A stretch of 53,163 nucleotides of DNA, filler included, from Sphacelaria rigidula (lineage: Eukaryota): the NCBI GenBank assembly GCA_964200075.2. It is 4 parts of 4 records of this genome, joined end to end, with 100 filler letters (N's around TTAATTAATTAA, not from the genome) between each part and the next. Parts side by side here need not be neighbours in the genome. Positions count along the whole stretch, not along the records: positions 1 to 13,218 come from CAXNAA020003060.1; 3 more parts are not named here. One strand, given 5' to 3'. Within the stretch, counting starts at the first letter, position 1. The number at the start of each line of letters is the position of its first letter. This document shows, piece by piece, positions 1 through 10,874 of the stretch. Under the pieces are notes generated by a model, which was not told the DNA's origin, did not search any database, and saw only the letters and a program-made list of their open reading frames with translations. Position numbers and translations under genes: made by a program.

Positions 1-194
1 CTCGAGAGCTACTTCCCACTCTGGCACCTCGGGAATACCACACGTGTCCTACGCCGGCGATTTTGCCGTCGGTCTAGGTTACCCCAATTCTAACACTAAA
101 AGGATCGCCTTTTAGACGGTGTCCCACACGTCCATAACGTTGTGTATTCGGAATTTATCGTTGCTGCCACAGGTCAACCTCCTCCTGCAACGAT

Positions 195-801
195 TTGTCT
201 CGTCGCGGTCGTGGTAACAACCAGACTGCTTCAGGCGACAAGAATGGTGGTGGTGACGGAGATAGCGGTGACACAGACTCCAACAGCGGTGACGGTGACA
301 ACGGCCGTGGCGGCCACAATGACGACAACCATGATTACGATGACCGACAACATCCGCCAAGAACTTGGGAATTAGTCAACGAAACTGAAGACGGAACTTC
401 CTTGCTACGATGTATTGCCCGACGAGTTTTCAACAACCCAAATGTGCACACATTAGTGAGAATGCAAGTTGTCCTTCGAACACCTTCATGATCCAATTCC
501 AGATTCTGGGGGAATGACACTGCACGCTTCAATCTCGGCTGGAACTGATTTCGAACAGATACGGACTGCTGCTTGTCCCGACCAAACGTACAATAGCGTT
601 CAACATTACCTTCAGCTCATGTCGCATCCATGCGCATATGCCACACATGTCGAAATTATTGCCGCCGAACAATTGTACAACCTTAACATCCGTGTCACTC
701 AAGTTGGTCAACTTGATCCGGAGCCACCATCCGGTAACACATGCGATGTTTTGTACAGCCACGATCCCTACCGTACATCGAGATACAACAGCCTCTCTTG
801 A
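195..801 (+). pseudogene. OTU-like cysteine protease (deubiquitinase) relic, intronless, frameshifted near 470
   Basis: ORFs 195-491 and 469-801 join into WELVNETEDGTSLLRCIARRVF...HTLVRMQVV / ...YLQLMSHPCAYATHVEIIAAEQLYNLNIRV...VLYS...RYNSL. This follows the OTU pattern DGNCLFRA...Y..M.....W....EI.A...Y...I.V...HY.SL. The catalytic Cys and His positions read S and R. A Gly/Asp low-complexity linker precedes it. Confidence 0.7.
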
Positions 802-1499
802 CCATATATTTTCGACTTGCGTCACCCCCGGGAGGCCCTTACCAACCTCCCGAAGGGGAACCTTGTAAGCAACTATAACTTCAGAACAACATCCATAGAT
901 AGGTGGTTTGCGTTCGTAGGGTCTCATCTACAACCGGCTATGTGCGTTGTCAGAGGGTACGTCAACGGGATATGCATGGCGTAGGATGCACAACGAGGTT
1001 TTGCTTCTTTGGCAGTATGTAGATGTAGGCTGTGGAAGTTGACGGGGTGTTACGTTTATGCTGCTCCAGAAGGGCAACGACTGGGTACTCTGTGTTGGGC
1101 GGGTGTTCGTCTGGGCTAGGTGCGTCGGGAAGAATATGCATCTGGACCAAAGAACCTAGGTGAGCATCGTATTTGATGTGCCTGGGGGGTGCCTGGTCAT
1201 ATTCCACCACGACGATAGTTGTCATGTGTACTGAACAAGGGATGGTGACATCATCACTGCATCTTGAGGCCGTTAGATTTACGTATTTTTCAGTCAAGCC
1301 AAAGATTTCGGCCATTTGGTAAAAGCTTGACAACGGTGATACCAACCGTGAGACGAAACATGATGGTACTTGAAACAAGATGGCAAAGTGTGCTCATTTT
1401 GAGTGCTTCATGTTTTGTACTGAGTTGTGCACGAAAATCTCTTGCGGCAATTATTGACGAAATGAAGCGAGGTACAAGAAACTCCGAAATGCCTACACC

Positions 1500-2042
1500 G
1501 TCTTCACAGGCTTCCGAACACATCAACACCAACGATACCTCTTTCCGACAATGCTGCTAACACGTTCGTCCTAAAAAATGGTGCCGCCGAAAACAGGAGC
1601 TGTCGTAGGTCAAAGAATGACCACGACTGGAGGACGAACCAAGCGCTTGCCGCCTTGCCCATCGTCGATGGGCACTTCGAGTGCGCCCGTTCCGACCCCT
1701 GGTGAAGAAAGGCGTCTTGCGGCGGCAATGGAAGGCAAGGAGTCGTACTTGACGAAGTCTTTCATCCTGCTCACGATGTTGCCGACCAGTTGGTCATCGG
1801 CTTGAAGTCATTGAACGCTCCACGTTCGGTCTTCATGCACGGCTTCAATCAAAGAGACGACGCCAACAAACTTCGTGCTGACTTTGGATTCTTCCGCGAT
1901 GACCGGAAATCCAGTGCATGCCGATGGTGACATGGTCGTTCAAGGTTCGGGAGTCGAAGTGTAGGGCGCGGAGACTAACGCAGTGGTGGTAGCGTCGGGA
2001 TCCCTGTCAATGTTTGCTCCAAGTACAGGTGTTCTCGTAGGC

Positions 2043-2120
<78 letters not shown>

Positions 2121-2720
2121 CGTTGTTGTTGTACAGGTCGACTAAAGTGACCGTCGATGCCCTGGTGGTCGTCGGTGCTGTCGCTGCTCTAGTTACCGTA
2201 TTTTCCACGGCACTCGGAGTTGTGCAGGTAAGATTTGTGCAGGCTGCACCAGTCGCTTTTTCGATAATTGCTGTCATGTTCACGGCATTTTAATGTGTCG
2301 CGAAGATGCATGTTGTACAGACTAGACAGCTTGCTGCTTTTTTCACCGTTGCTGGGGGTGTTCTGGGGGTCGACAGTCACACATAATACGACCGCGTTTT
2401 CCACAGGAGTCGCGCTTGCCGTCAAACTTTCAAGATTCGAGAGACGATTTGTTTGGATTCGGGGCTTATGGGCCGGAAATGCAGAGAGGCGCCAAAGACA
2501 AAGGAAGAAGAGATCTCTGCTATGTCCGAGTACTCTATTCCGCTATCTTCCGAGGAGCTTAGGTACTTCTAGGGATCTGTACAGACGAGCCAATCGACGG
2601 CTTCCGTCGAAAATATCGTACTTGCCCCGCAATTCGCTGCGACCTACATTGCTGCAAGATCTGGGTCAAGGATGCAATTTCGTTTTTTCGACACTTACCG
2701 ACTGCGGTCGTGTACAGATA
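1500..2720 (-). mobile_element. Ty1/Copia LTR retrotransposon relic (gag, zinc knuckle, protease region)
   Basis: Minus-strand translation across stops and frameshifts gives ELRGKYD (gag-like), a degenerate knuckle FDGKRDSCGKRGRIMCDC, WCSLHKSYLHNSEC and poly-Q. It continues with MKTERGAFNDF (DSGA-like), DDQLVGNIVSRMKDFVKYD...GVGTGALEV...KRLVRPPVVVI and LRQLLFS, which resemble the Copia protease region. Confidence 0.6.
2044..2130. repeat. (GTT)n microsatellite, poly-Gln in the Copia gag frame
   Basis: Near-perfect GTT run visible in the sequence. Confidence 0.95.
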
Positions 2721-2819
2721 CAGCGATGCACCAGTGATTCATTATATTTTGGCACCAAATGACACAACGCCCAAGGTCTACTACTAATACTACAGTTCGA
2801 CCACTTCTTCCGGTGCCAA

Positions 2820-3226
2820 AGTGCAAACCGTTCAAGAGTACATTTTTTTTTACTCTTCGCCATCATTTTTCTCGTGACAAGACGGCCAGGCCGGTAATGC
2901 CACCTGGATTTTTTCCGTTTTTTTATTACCTTCTCTATTGTATGAGAGGAGTCAAGCACACTTCAGCGACCATTGGTACGGGCAGTTTGACTTGGTGTCG
3001 GAACACAAAAAACGTCAACCTTTGATTCGCAAAAAAAAGTGTCCCCCTCCCCCCCCCCCGGATCCAGAGTCAAACTGCACGCACCAAAAGCCGCTCAAGA
3101 TTGACGGAAACACTAAAAAAAAATCAGGGGAAGTCAACCTAAAGTGGCACTATCCGCCTGGGCGTATACTTTTACGCAAAAAACGCTGCTTATGGGCCAC
3201 ATCGGTCATTTTGACCAGTCTGCACT
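2820..3226. mobile_element. Degenerate MITE / inverted-repeat element
   Basis: The left end agtgcaaaccgttcaa...ccaggccggtaatgccac matches the reverse complement of the right end (agtgcagactggtcaa...ccaggcggatagtgccac). Confidence 0.5.
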
Positions 3227-3358
3227 CATCCCGCAAGTAAGTGGTGTCATCGGGACACATTGGAACGGCCGGTCGTCACATACGTGAAGCTCATCTCGTC
3301 GAAAAATGCTGCGGCCAGCCTTCTTGGGGGAGGGGGTCATCTTTAACGCACGGCTCAC

Positions 3359-3499
3359 CAGCGACGACCAATGAACTGGGGCCGCTCCGTACGCAGAATC
3401 TTTTCGCTCAGGATCTCCTCCTGCCTTCAAGTACCGTTCTAGGACCGCAACGTCCCCCCGCTCCGCCGCTCGATGCACGTCGATCCTCCGCCACGACAT
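3359..3499 (-). CDS. Ankyrin-repeat protein, first coding exon (gene continues leftwards off the contig)
   Basis: ATG at 3499 starts 47 codons, MSWRRIDVHRAAERGDVAVLERYLKAGGDPERKDSAYGAAPVHWSSL: one ankyrin repeat plus the start of the next (G.TPLH.A-like). A GTGAGC donor follows immediately at 3358, phase 0. Confidence 0.8.
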
Positions 3500-3887
3500 G
3501 TCCACGATCTGATGGTTGACATATATGAATAAATACGCACGCCTTGCAAACAGTGCCCGGCGCGCTCTACAGCTGTGCTCTGAGTGTGTGTGCGTTCCTA
3601 AAAAAGAGACAAGGACAAAAATACGAGAACCGGGAATGTGGTGGTGTCAATCAGCATTATCGGTGGGGCGGGACGGACAAACCACGCAGTCGCGGCCAAT
3701 GAGATAGTTTTTTCACGGGAACTAAACTGTACTGTACGCGTTACAGTCAAGCAGCTGTAGGCTAGATACCACCCCAGGGAAACGGATTTTTGACAACCCA
3801 TGGCACAATATCACAAGTACCGTACTGCGAAAGGGTACGCTGTACGGGCTGGGCCAGCCTAGAAACGGATCTGTAGGTTACAGGCAC

Positions 3888-4146
3888 TTTAGCAGCTCGG
3901 TTTCGGTCGTTGTGCCTTGAAAGCCGCCACTGAGAATCTCGAGGGCGTAATAAAACACAAAACTGCGGGACGTCGAGTTTTTTGTTTTGATGAGTGAAGG
4001 GGAAAAAACAATATCCATTTTTGACAAAAACGTCCGTAGCTCATGACAAAACAAAAATCTCGATGTCTCGCGGATGTCCTTTCACTGTGTCCTTCCGATT
4101 CTCCATACCAAACCTCACAGCACAACTCTCAAAACCGAGCTGCCAA
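3888..4146. mobile_element. Foldback MITE (degenerate ~260-bp palindrome)
   Basis: ttagcagctcggtttcggtcgttgtgc pairs with gcacaactctcaaaaccgagctgccaa. The inner arms gagaatc...gcgggacgtcgagttttttgttttg also pair. Confidence 0.65.
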
Positions 4147-4872
4147 ATCCAGATGTAGTGTATTCAGCGCAATACATTGAACTTAGTAAGGAATGCTACA
4201 AACGCCGGATCTGTCCAGAGATGGCAAAGGCGAGGGTATCGATCGTTTCTCCGTGCCCCAAGGAACATTCACACCAAAAAGCAGCATCATCCGCTGACTG
4301 TATTGTGACATGATTTTGAATAACCTCTAGTATCCACATATCTTTGTACGCCACGAGATGTCGTCGGCATGGCGTTTAATGAACTAGATAGCATCTGACC
4401 GGCTTGTTCAGTTGATGGGCATCGGGCCCTTGGTTAGGCGATGGACAAGACGCGCGGATAACGGCCTGATTTGTCTGCATCGATGAGTTATGGCTGTGAC
4501 AACTTCAAGTACGTTTTTAGGGTGACCCAGTTCGTATAGTTTCCAGAGTTCAGACTTCATAGGTGGGCGTGCTTGATTTGATGTTACTGTCATGTACTCC
4601 AAGGATGGAATCCGTTAATAGAATACTCCTGACTTACACCAAGGTTCATTCACCCTTGCCTCTTCACGTGCCGCTGCTGTGCACTACCGTAGTGCCCACG
4701 TTGTCTCAGGATATGAGCCTCGTAGTTGGTGCAAGCTCGGAGTCCCCCTCCGCATCATCATTGCGAAAATGAGATGCCTCGTTGACGGGCTAGCCTAAGA
4801 ACTATCATAACTGGATCACGCTGAAAACGGTTGACTATTTACGAGGTCGGCCTTGGCGGAATTATGGCTGGA

Positions 4873-4918
4873 GTGGAGACAGCTCCAGATTCCCCGTGGA
4901 GACAGCTCCAGATTCCCC
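4873..4918. repeat. Perfect 23-bp tandem duplication GTGGAGACAGCTCCAGATTCCCC x2
   Basis: Read directly from the sequence. Confidence 0.95.
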
Positions 4919-5089
4919 GACTGATTTACACCCACACACCTCGTTAGCTTCGGAAAGCCAAGACATCGAATCTACGACGAGAATCGACGTCTTTTCACAC
5001 GCCTGCGCATGGTCATATCGGACTCGACAGAAGGTTTCGCGGCTGCAGTTGTGCAGGTTGTACTAGGATATATTAGACGCCGGCCATTT

Positions 5090-5400
5090 TTAGTTGATCT
5101 TGATCGATTGATTGTCGCACTTCACCTGACCTTCCTTATGTTTCACACACATATATATATATATATAAATACGGAATCTGTTCTCTAGCCCGCCTCCGCT
5201 CTTCTCCATTCCTTTTTCTGCCTGGTTTTGTTCTTCTCTTGTTTTGTTTTCGTTTTGCTCCTGTTTTGGTTCTTCCACCTTTTTTCTTGAACGAGTACTT
5301 TTGTTTTGTTCATCATGAGTACGTGTATCATGTGAATAATGACCACGGCTGGGCTCTTCGGAGATTAGTGAACCTGCGACAACCAATCAATCAACCAACC
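5090..5400. repeat. Retroposon 3'-end remnants with (CAAT)-like tails on both strands
   Basis: Pyrimidine-rich tract ending in gcgacaaccaatcaatcaacc (+). A minus-strand gtgcgacaatcaatcgatc tail lies at ~5095-5125. Confidence 0.5.
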
Positions 5401-5409
5401 AGCCACATT

Positions 5410-6670
5410 ACTCGATAGGTTATGCCGAGTTCGGTGATGGGTGTGGCATCGTAACAGCGCTGGAGGCCAAGTACCGTTTTGACGATGAAGGTCAAATGCA
5501 GGCCCTACATGGTAGCCTGGCGAGTCTACATGTTACAGCTGGGGAAGACTGCGATATAGCTAGGGTGATCCAGGAGTTGCGCCACGGTTGCGCTGAAATT
5601 TCTTTGCTTGGGGACACAGTCGTCAAAGGTCGAGAGACACAAGCCCTTTTCAAGGCCTCAGAAGACAGCTATTGCGAATCACTCAAGACGGCTCTACTAT
5701 GCGGTTGTTAACGAGGGGGCGCGTCCTCGATCGAAGACATTATTTTCGTCCAACGCTCTAGCAGCATATTTAAAGTAGAACGAGCATATTCTGCTGTACC
5801 GAAGAATATGGCAAATTCTGTTGCAATGGCGGAGGCCGGGGCAGGGGCCGCCACAATCTCAGCGACACTCATCAAGCGACAGGTGGTGGTATTGGAAATT
5901 CCAATGATAATAATGGCAACTCCAATGTCATTCGAAGCGCAAATTTTTGAGGTAAACGCGGTCGTGGTGGCCAAAACGGACATGCAAGGCTTGACTGTGG
6001 ACAAATTAGCAGAGTTCAAGATACCCGAGGAATGTGGTGATACTGTCACAACTCCACTACCTACGACCGGTTGGACTCCCCGTTACGCTTGGAGCACGTA
6101 TGAACCGACAGCGCCATCAAGCAATACACAGCACGCTAACGCGCTACAAATTCAAGAAACCGCGGGCAGTAGCGACTCTACTACGCAGGCATGATGTACG
6201 GTACACATGCTCAAGGGGAGGAGCCGGTTATTGAGAAGTTTAATATTCAAATTGACGTCGGCGGTGAAACCCCAAGAGATTATCAAACGATCACTGGGTC
6301 GAAGATGAGAATATAGACCTCCGGCAACTCAAAGAAGGGGCAGAGACCTCTGTACTAGCTCCGACTCGGGTTGAAATATTACATTACCGGTATCCACTGC
6401 GGTGAAGTAAGGAAGTATGATATTGCTCACTATATTGCCCACTCTGACGGTGTGCTCTCACCCGTAGAAGAGACCGTGCAAGTGGTGGATACATTTCATT
6501 AGGAACGATATGGACCTATATCCTCAGTAGCCGCGAAATTGAGTGGATACACCATCTGTAACGTCTGTCCGACCACGTTCGGGGTGGGCAACAGGGTGGA
6601 TGACGGCACGGCCTTCATCGACACAGCGGCGTCTAGTTACATGATTAAGAAAGAAGTTAGGCTAGGGAAT
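5410..6670 (+). mobile_element. Ty1/Copia relic (gag, zinc knuckle, protease)
   Basis: ALEAKYRFDDEGQMQALHGSLASL...ARVIQELR...LGDTVV...ESLKTALLC (gag-like), RGRG-rich linker, degenerate knuckle GKRGRGGQNGHARLDC, and protease motif FIDTAASSYM at ~6610-6645. Many stops. Confidence 0.65.
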
Positions 6671-6779
6671 CATTTTCTCAAAATATTTTTTCCCGCAGCA
6701 CAAGAACGCGACCGCTGGACGTGTCTTATCGAGGCAGGTAAAAGCTTGTCACCACATCGACCCCAAGTCTTACCGAGAA

Positions 6780-7055
6780 CATATTTTCCATCCCAGAAGC
6801 AAGCAAGATCTGCGCACAGGTTCAAAATCACGGCGGCTCCAGCAATGGTCGTTGGTCCAACATGTACATGCTGGTACCGGAGGGACGAAACGAATCGACA
6901 CAACACACACACATACTAAGCCCCGAAAAAACACGCACAAACACCGCTCACGCGCTCTAGCTCCATCGCTACCCCTTGCTCATCTACACACAGCAGTCTA
7001 TTTGACGGGAATTATTTCAGTAACGAAAGACGGATGCCCACGTGCGTATCGTTGA
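6780..7055 (+). repeat. Dispersed non-coding repeat (second copy ~9120-9370)
   Basis: Collinear shared blocks: agatctgc.c.cag.ttcaaaa, gttggtccaa, tgctggt, acacaacac, ttgacg..aa, ccacgtgcgt. Confidence 0.6.
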
Positions 7056-8670
7056 CTGATTTGTTTTGAAACATCCACAAGATAGACATAGGTAAATGAA
7101 AAAAGTCGCGAATGAAGAAAATAGGAAAGAAGCAAAAACGAAAACAATAAACAAACGGAGCAGCGTAGATATAAAATAAATAATAATACAAGTAGAAGAA
7201 GGGAAGGGAGGGGAACGGAGAAGAAACTACGAGCAGCAAAATTTCAAAAAACAACAACAACAACGAAACAAAATTAGAAAGGTCGGCCACTGCAGCATGG
7301 CTTTAGGTAAACACGGCCTTGCACAAACAAAGCACGTTCACCAATAAACAAAATATAACAAGGTCGCGGAAAAAATATCGCGGCTCAGCTATTTCGGACC
7401 AAACTATTCGAGCACGAACTCTCATTCAGAATGAGTCCTATCGAAGCACGGCATCAAACTGCTACTCTTGGAACACTGAAAGGGAAGAAACAGCGAGAGA
7501 GAGAGAGAGACGAAATATAGCAAGGGTCTACACGTTACCCTCGTTACGTTCACGTTTCACGTCGAAAATCGTCAAAAGTTAAGCCAGACTACCACTACGG
7601 TGGGGGACCACGTGGGGAGCCTTGATGTTGATTTGACTTGACTTTTGAAGAGGGCTCCCCATGTGGTCCCTGTCTTCCACCGTAGTACTAGCCAGGCATG
7701 ACTTTTGACGTGAAACGCGACACGACGTGACACGTTACGAGTGTAACGTGTAGACCCTTGGAAAATAATTCGAAAATAGAACGACAGAGAGCAGAGGAGG
7801 AATTCACGGAAGCGATGGAGCGCAAGGACACAGCAGAGCATACGCAAGAGCACAACCAGGGGACACCGCAACACCACAGCCCAAGGAAAAAGTCAACAAC
7901 TGATCGGAAGACCGCGGTACATCACGTTCCGCCTTCGCTCAGCGTCCCCCATTCATCGCTAGTTGGGTACAATGCGGGACACTCTCGACCATTTCGATCC
8001 CGGATTTCTCGCGAGCTGTTGCTGCTGTGGTTTCAGCGGTGGCAGCTCTCAGATTGGAGGTTCTCGATGCAGCAGCCTCTCGTTTGTGGCGAACGTCAGA
8101 GTAGAGTTTTACTTCGCATCACCCCGCCTCCACGAACTCTTCCGCCCTTCGTTCGCTCCAAGATGCAATTTGCCCATGTTATTCGCGGTAGTGACCCAAT
8201 CGTGTGCGTCTTTGACCTGCACACCGTAGACGACCCATTTCCGTCGCGCTTTCTTGTGAGGAAGGGTCCTAGAGCACGTGGGTTCTCCTAGGGGTTGTCC
8301 CCCCAGTTAGAGCGCTGGTCAGCCTCCTTGGACCCTGTTCCGGCTGACGACCCGAGCATCGTGCGCTTTGTAACACGTATTTCTTCCTGCCGGACTACGG
8401 CCCCCGCGGAGCAGAGTTGACGCCTAGGAGTGGTCGTCTCGGTACGTCCGCAGATGGTCACCTCTAGCGCATCTCAGTTACAAATAGTCTTCTCACGAGA
8501 GGATTCCAACCACTCGCAGTAGAGGTACAGCCTGCTGGTGGGCAGCGCGCACATTCTCGAAGTCCTCGGAACGCAGCGTCCATGTCGCACATTCGTACAG
8601 CATACCCTCCACCACCCCCGATTAAAGCAGTCGGATTTTCAGATGTAGCTGAGCGTCGGGCCCATGGTGG
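7050..8670 (-). mobile_element. RTE-type LINE 3' fragment (RT C-terminus and 3' UTR), interrupted by a MITE
   Basis: Minus strand: AQLHLKIRLL*SGVVEGMLYECATWTL...ETTTPRRQLCSAGAVVR...KRTMLG...RKWVVYGVQVKDAHDWVTTANNMGK. This is homologous to the C-terminus of the LINEs at 10875 and 43040. Confidence 0.7.
7521..7760. mobile_element. Foldback MITE, 240 bp
   Basis: Ends are CAAGGGTCTACACGTTAC and GTAACGTGTAGACCCTTG. The arms pair nearly to the centre (gggaccacgtggggagcc / ggctccccatgtggtccc). Confidence 0.85.
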
Positions 8671-8734
8671 AGATTAAAACTGTACTGTCATTGTCAACCG
8701 AAAATGTGACGTTGTTGGCCCTCTTGAGTGGGTG

Positions 8735-9780
8735 TTTTCGGCGCGCGTCTGACATGGACTACTGTTTCCCGTTAAATTTCAGGCCGAGTTGACCAAAGCA
8801 AAGTACAGGTTGCTCAGCTTATCTGCACCTACGGTTTAAATGATGTGCATTGTACGCGGGGGTACTGAGGCTTCCAGCTTCATGTGTTGTGTTGGCTTAT
8901 GTGTCACACCTTTGCTTGTGCCCCTGTGGTTGCTACGTTCATGTTTGCCTGGGAGCAAACAGATTGCTCGTTCGCGCAAACAGATTGTTTTCCGGTCTTC
9001 TTGGGTGGTACTATATCAACCAATAACAGGGGACAAGCAAAAAAAAGCAGCTTTTGAGCAAAAAGATTTTTCCACCTCGGTATCACACGGTCTCATCGAC
9101 CACTTGCAGTCTTCCTGAGTACACAATTTCTGAAGCCAGATCTGCTCGCAGATTCAAAAGTTTGGGTGGTTGGTCCAATATCTCTGTGCTGGTGCAAGGA
9201 AGACGGGACAGGGAAACACAACACGTACACACAGAGCCCTAAAACACACACAGACACCCACCGCCAACGCGCATAAGTTCCACCGCTAGTCCCTACTTGT
9301 TAAACACAGCCCTCCTTGACGAAAACTAGTTCAGCGTTGGAGGAAGGGTAGCCACGTGCGTGTTAGCGTCAACCCAAGGCGTCCCGTTGTCGACCCTTAT
9401 GTGCAGGTCTTTTCGGCGAGCGTCTGACATGAACTTCGTTCTGTTTCTTTTTCGTCGAATTCGAAACTGATTTGACCGAAACGAAACATGTGCCTAGCTG
9501 ATCTGCAGCTGCGGCCTAAGCTACGAGTATGATGTTTTTCGTTTTCAGGGGTAGTGGAGCCTTCAGGTTGGCAAGTTGTGTTGGGCTGTGTGTCACACCT
9601 TTGCAAGTGCCTCTGCGGTTGCTACGTTCGTGTTCAGTTTGCTCCGTTCATGTTCCCCTTCGATCAAACAGAGTGTCTGTGCCAGCAGATCTTGCGGGGG
9701 GCGGGGGTGGTGGAATGGCGTTGACCGTTCACACGGGGGAAAGAGCAACCAGATTTTGAGAAAACAGATTTTTCGATTTT
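8735..9780 (+). repeat. Degenerate direct repeat pair (~8735-9070 and ~9410-9780)
   Basis: Both copies contain ttttcggcg.gcgtctgacatg, gttgtgttgg...tgtgtcacacctttgc and ggttgctacgttc. Confidence 0.75.
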
Positions 9781-9939
9781 TCTGTCTCGATATGACAGGC
9801 CTTGACCCTGTAACTCTTCGACTGCTGGAGGAATCCACGTGTGGAATTGGCATCATTATCGCTCGAAATAGAAGAGAAAACGATGAAAATAATGCCGATT
9901 CAACAAAATGGACACCTCCCACTAGGCTAGTTTACCCGG

Positions 9940-10229
9940 GTTGGGCTACAAATGTCCATGGTTGACACATTTTTCCAAGTATCGCTACCCCTAACCCTAA
10001 ACCTCGACCCAACGCATATCGAGAACCCTCGGGCAAGAGCGGTGCGTCCATTCCCTACACAAAGTGCGGCCTTGGTAGATCCCAAATCAGCGCATGTGGC
10101 GCCGATTTTAACGAAAACGCGTTCTGGGCACCCGAGGAGCACACGAGACTGCAAGCCCTACTAAAATCCCGATTCTCAATGTTTACAGTCAAATAAAGTA
10201 ATGTCAACCATGAACAGTTGTAGCCCAAC
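9940..10229. mobile_element. MITE with ~28-bp terminal inverted repeats
   Basis: GTTGGGCTACAAATGTCCATGGTTGACA at the left end pairs with TGTCAACCATGAACAGTTGTAGCCCAAC at the right end. Confidence 0.8.
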
Positions 10230-10874
10230 TCTACTGCCTCGCGCGGTTGATGGGTCACGACAGGCGCTGAGCTTCAAAGTTTAGTAGTGGCAGTGGTTCG
10301 GTGTACGCATGAAGTACGAACAGTGTAGCAATATGATTTGCTGCCACTCACTGGTATGAAAGTATGTGCAATCACTTCACCTCTGCCTCTCGATTCTAAC
10401 TACAGTAGGTCCTGCCTGCAAGGTCTGGCTGTGGGTCAAGGTGGAAACGGAAATCAAGGTTGCGGAAGAGCTGAGGTATGCCAGTTTAGTCCAGTGTCCT
10501 GAAGTACATTCAATACAGTATCATACCGTCTTGGTTTGCTGAACATGGAATGCAACATGCAGCAATAATTCGTCTGCTACATTCCCTCCTAACTACCTCA
10601 CCTGGCTGACGACAAGTAAAATTAGAAATGCCTCTGATATATGTCGTACGCAGGTTGCCTCTACCTTTGGCTCCGGGCTCACTTACTTGCTCCGAGCCCA
10701 CCGGGTGACTTCTCCGTTGAATTCAAACTATCGCGTTGAATTAAACTATGTAATACTGGTCATTTTCTGCGCCACGCAGGGCACAAATCTCAAACACGCC
10801 AAAAATACAAAATACTGTACCCCAGAGCAACTACTGTGATTTGGTTCGGCACATAAAAAGCACGGAGGGCATCG

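Noticed and set aside
2045..2293. Poly-Leu 'membrane protein' and poly-Asn ORFs
   Set aside because: Alternative-frame readings of the (GTT)n microsatellite inside a Copia relic.
4300..4800. Possible Copia RT fragment on the minus strand (PMKSELWKLYELG; RRHLVAYK)
   Set aside because: Resemblance is too weak and decayed to support a call.
9988..10002. CCCTAACCCTAAACC telomere-like repeat
   Set aside because: Only two units, internal to a MITE.
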